Source: Antedon mediterranea
Lineage: Eukaryota; Animalia; Echinodermata
Length of the DNA: 64,000 nucleotides
Assembly: GCF_964355755.1 (NCBI RefSeq)
Contig: NC_092679.1
Span: 22,365,432-22,429,431, forward strand
Direction: 5' to 3'
Position numbers and translations under genes: made by a program. Positions 61,601 to 64,000 of the stretch are shown piece by piece. Under the pieces are notes generated by a model. That model saw only the letters and a program-made list of their open reading frames with translations. It was not told where the DNA came from and made no database searches. Position 1 is the stretch's first letter. Every line of letters starts with the position of its first letter.

Positions 61601-63137
61601 AGAACGCGATGTGACAAAACAATGTGAAGATGATGATGTCATATCACTACCATATTTAAACATATCACTACCATATTTAAACATATCACTACCATATTTA
61701 AACATATCACTACCATATTTAAACATATCACTACCATATTTAAACATATCACTACCATATTTGAACACATTTTTTGGTCAAACTAGTTAGATAGTGTAGA
61801 CAGAGCTTTAAGCGTGGTTCCCACTAGCGACGCAACACAAGGACGTGACGCAACGCAAGTGGATTGACCAATCACAAGCGATGGCTTATTCGCTTGTGAT
61901 TGCTAAATGTCTATAACTTCGCTTTTCATTGGTTAAAACGCTTGCGTTGCGTTATGTCCTTGCGTTACGTTCTAGTGGGAACCAAGCTTTAGAGACTGAT
62001 TATATATCCAACCGCAGTGCTTTGAAAAAGAAGTTAAAGAAGGTGAACAAAAAGGTAAATTTGTATCCCTTTCATTTCTCGGTGCCTGGCGATAAGAATT
62101 TTACCTTTTTTCGATAATTTTGCGTAAGTTCACTCTTGGGGGCGGCTTCATGTTCAGTTTTCGATCCTATGCTGCTTACTATACGCCAGGCTGAACGCTT
62201 TCCACCAATCACATTCTTATAAGCTACAGACAAAAGGTTTCGTTCTTCTTCAGTAAGTGTTTTCTTTTTCTCAACCAGTTTTTTCATTTGATCAACCATA
62301 TCTGTAAATGAAATTAAATTCCTGGACCTGTAAATGTTTATATTATTACTAATTATACTGAAGAAATGATTGCTTAAAAACCTACACAATCACCCTATTC
62401 ATTGTGGTGATCATCATTAATTTTTTTTTTTTTTTACCATATTTAATGAGGGTGTTCCATCCAGCAAATGTGCTGATCATTAGGGACCCTCAGAGGTTCA
62501 CAAGACAAACATATACACAAGATGCTCTACATAAACAAAGTCTTATTACAAGTCTTTGGGAGTGGTGTTTGTCCTTGACCTTAGACTAATAGAAAAAATC
62601 CCGACATGTGACGGGACTTGAACCCAGGACCCTTGGAGTGGTAGCCAAGCATCATAGCCACTACAGTCACAACTAGCTTGCTGCTAAAATATGTTCATAT
62701 CGTCGCCCCATCAAAAAAGAATAAAAGTTCCAATTGCAATTCAATGATGGGTGTGTGAATACAGTATTATTAGTAAAATATGCACAATCACACACTCCAA
62801 ATAATCAATTTAATTGTTTATAATATGATGTTCCATTATTAAAAACGGCGCCGTCTTTCGTTCCGTGAAACAAAGAAGTGTGAATAAATGTAGCTTAACT
62901 CATTGCTATACTAGCTAGGCCTAGTATATAATACACTTATTTAGTAGGCTGGTGTGGCAGGAGGCTTTAACCGCAATAAACCGGGAAGCTAGGCGCGCCG
63001 GTGTCCCGCCTAGCCTAGCTAGCTTATTTGTTATTTTTAACAGATATAAAACGAGAACTAGCCTAGATTTTACCTTCATATCTTTCCGACTGTTCAGAGA
63101 GTTTAGCGTTGTACGTATATTTTTCATTTTCATCCAT
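58693..63137 (-). CDS. 14-3-3 protein, divergent epsilon-type, 249 aa
   Basis: Exons 63137-63074, 62301-62105, 60873-60767, 59304-58955, 58724-58693 (750 nt, GT-AG, phase-consistent). Motifs [75 protein letters not shown] 5' UTR acceptor lies at 63166. Confidence 0.95.
59619..59760. mobile_element. Short MITE
   Basis: Imperfect TIR GGCCGTATTCACCAATCACACTTA / TAAGTGTGAAAGGTGAATTCGGCC. Confidence 0.55.
60890..61085. repeat. About 14-bp degenerate minisatellite (GATAATCAATATTT)
   Basis: Tandem units adjacent to a 14-3-3 splice acceptor. Confidence 0.85.
61566..61807. mobile_element. Harbinger MITE family 1 copy with an expanded internal 21-bp array
   Basis: TIRs, TTA flanks, about 6 copies of CATATCACTACCATATTTAAA. 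Confidence 0.85.
61811..61988. mobile_element. Harbinger MITE family 2 copy
   Basis: TIR AGCGTGGTTCCCACTAG / CTAGTGGGAACCAAGCT, TTA on both flanks. Confidence 0.85.
62480..62680 (-). mobile_element. tRNA-derived SINE head (family B)
   Basis: Reverse strand GTAGTGGCTATGATGC...GGGTTCAAGTCCC has A- and B-box-like motifs without a complete cloverleaf. Confidence 0.5.
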
Positions 63138-64000
63138 TTTAGTATAACTAAATTCAATTGAACACCTGTAAAAAATGAAATCGAAGATCTGCTTCTCGCA
63201 TAAAAAAATGGCCGACGATTATGCAAATTAGCAAGGTAATGTACGTACGTACGTCCGCCGTATTATACACGGCTGCTGGGTGATTAGTCGGGCAAACAAA
63301 AGAAAAACCGAGTTGATAAGTGTGTGTGTAAAGCCCTCTTTTCTTTGAGGTCATTAAGATCGATAGAGCGCGCGAAAAACACTCGTACGGAAGTTAAGCA
63401 CAATAATAATTATACTAATACAATATACCGTAGGCCTACCACTGAACAATTTCAATTTCAGACGAGTGTAGGCCTATATTGAAAGATATCATTAATTAAT
63501 GTATTAATTGATTATGATAATTATTATATCATTGTCCAAATGAGATGAATACAGCGTCAACCCAGGGAGTTTTACAACTCCCTGGTGAACCATTAGTAAA
63601 TTAAAATTATGTAGGTTAAGAAAATGTTTTCATTAGAAAAACATAACAGACCAACGTGTTTTAAAGCGCGACTCCATATCATCATATGAATTGCCTTATC
63701 CTCATGAAATAACGACACCCAACCCTAACAAAAATAGGCTACACACCAAATGAAAGAAACAACCAGATGGGCCATAAATAATGTGTTTTTATTTTCAAAT
63801 CTGGAAGACATCGTGAGTGGTCGACTTTATGAAAATAAAAAAATAGAACTATAGGCCTACACCTAAAATTTTAAAATAATTCCTACTTCTATGCCTACAT
63901 TAAAACCAACCCTTTAAAAGTGTTTTTTTTTATTTAGGCAAGGGTAGCCGGCCATAAGCGAATTAATCATTTTGTCCGTTAGTCTTGGAATCGAGTTTCA

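Noticed and set aside
62600-62670. Possible tRNA gene
   Set aside because: A- and B-box-like motifs are present but the acceptor stem does not close. It is better explained as a SINE head.

Overview
AT-rich, intron-rich animal genomic DNA. It looks like a marine invertebrate deuterostome such as an echinoderm, which is an inference from gene content and repeat style. Six protein-coding units could be reconstructed by hand with GT-AG, phase-consistent exons. On the minus strand: an ASRGL1-like isoaspartyl peptidase/L-asparaginase (3' end outside the window); a 60-aa mitoregulin-like microprotein in what appears to be the first exon of the same transcript; a Rel-class NF-kB factor with two alternative first coding exons; an RDH11/12/13-like SDR; and a divergent epsilon-type 14-3-3. 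On the plus strand: ANKRD63-like, with an intronless CDS. Introns and intergenic DNA are filled with PIF/Harbinger MITEs, Tc1-like MITEs, tRNA-derived SINEs, Helentron-like elements and minisatellites. Two signals stand out. (1) A probable bicistronic mitoregulin-ASRGL1 mRNA, with a 21-nt spliced intercistronic spacer and no intervening AUG. (2) A 2318-bp CAC...GTG element with asymmetric RSS-like ends (12- versus 21-bp spacers) and a 4-bp target duplication, present as a head-to-tail dimer joined by an exact GTG|CAC signal-joint-like junction. All homology calls rest on recalled motifs, not database searches.
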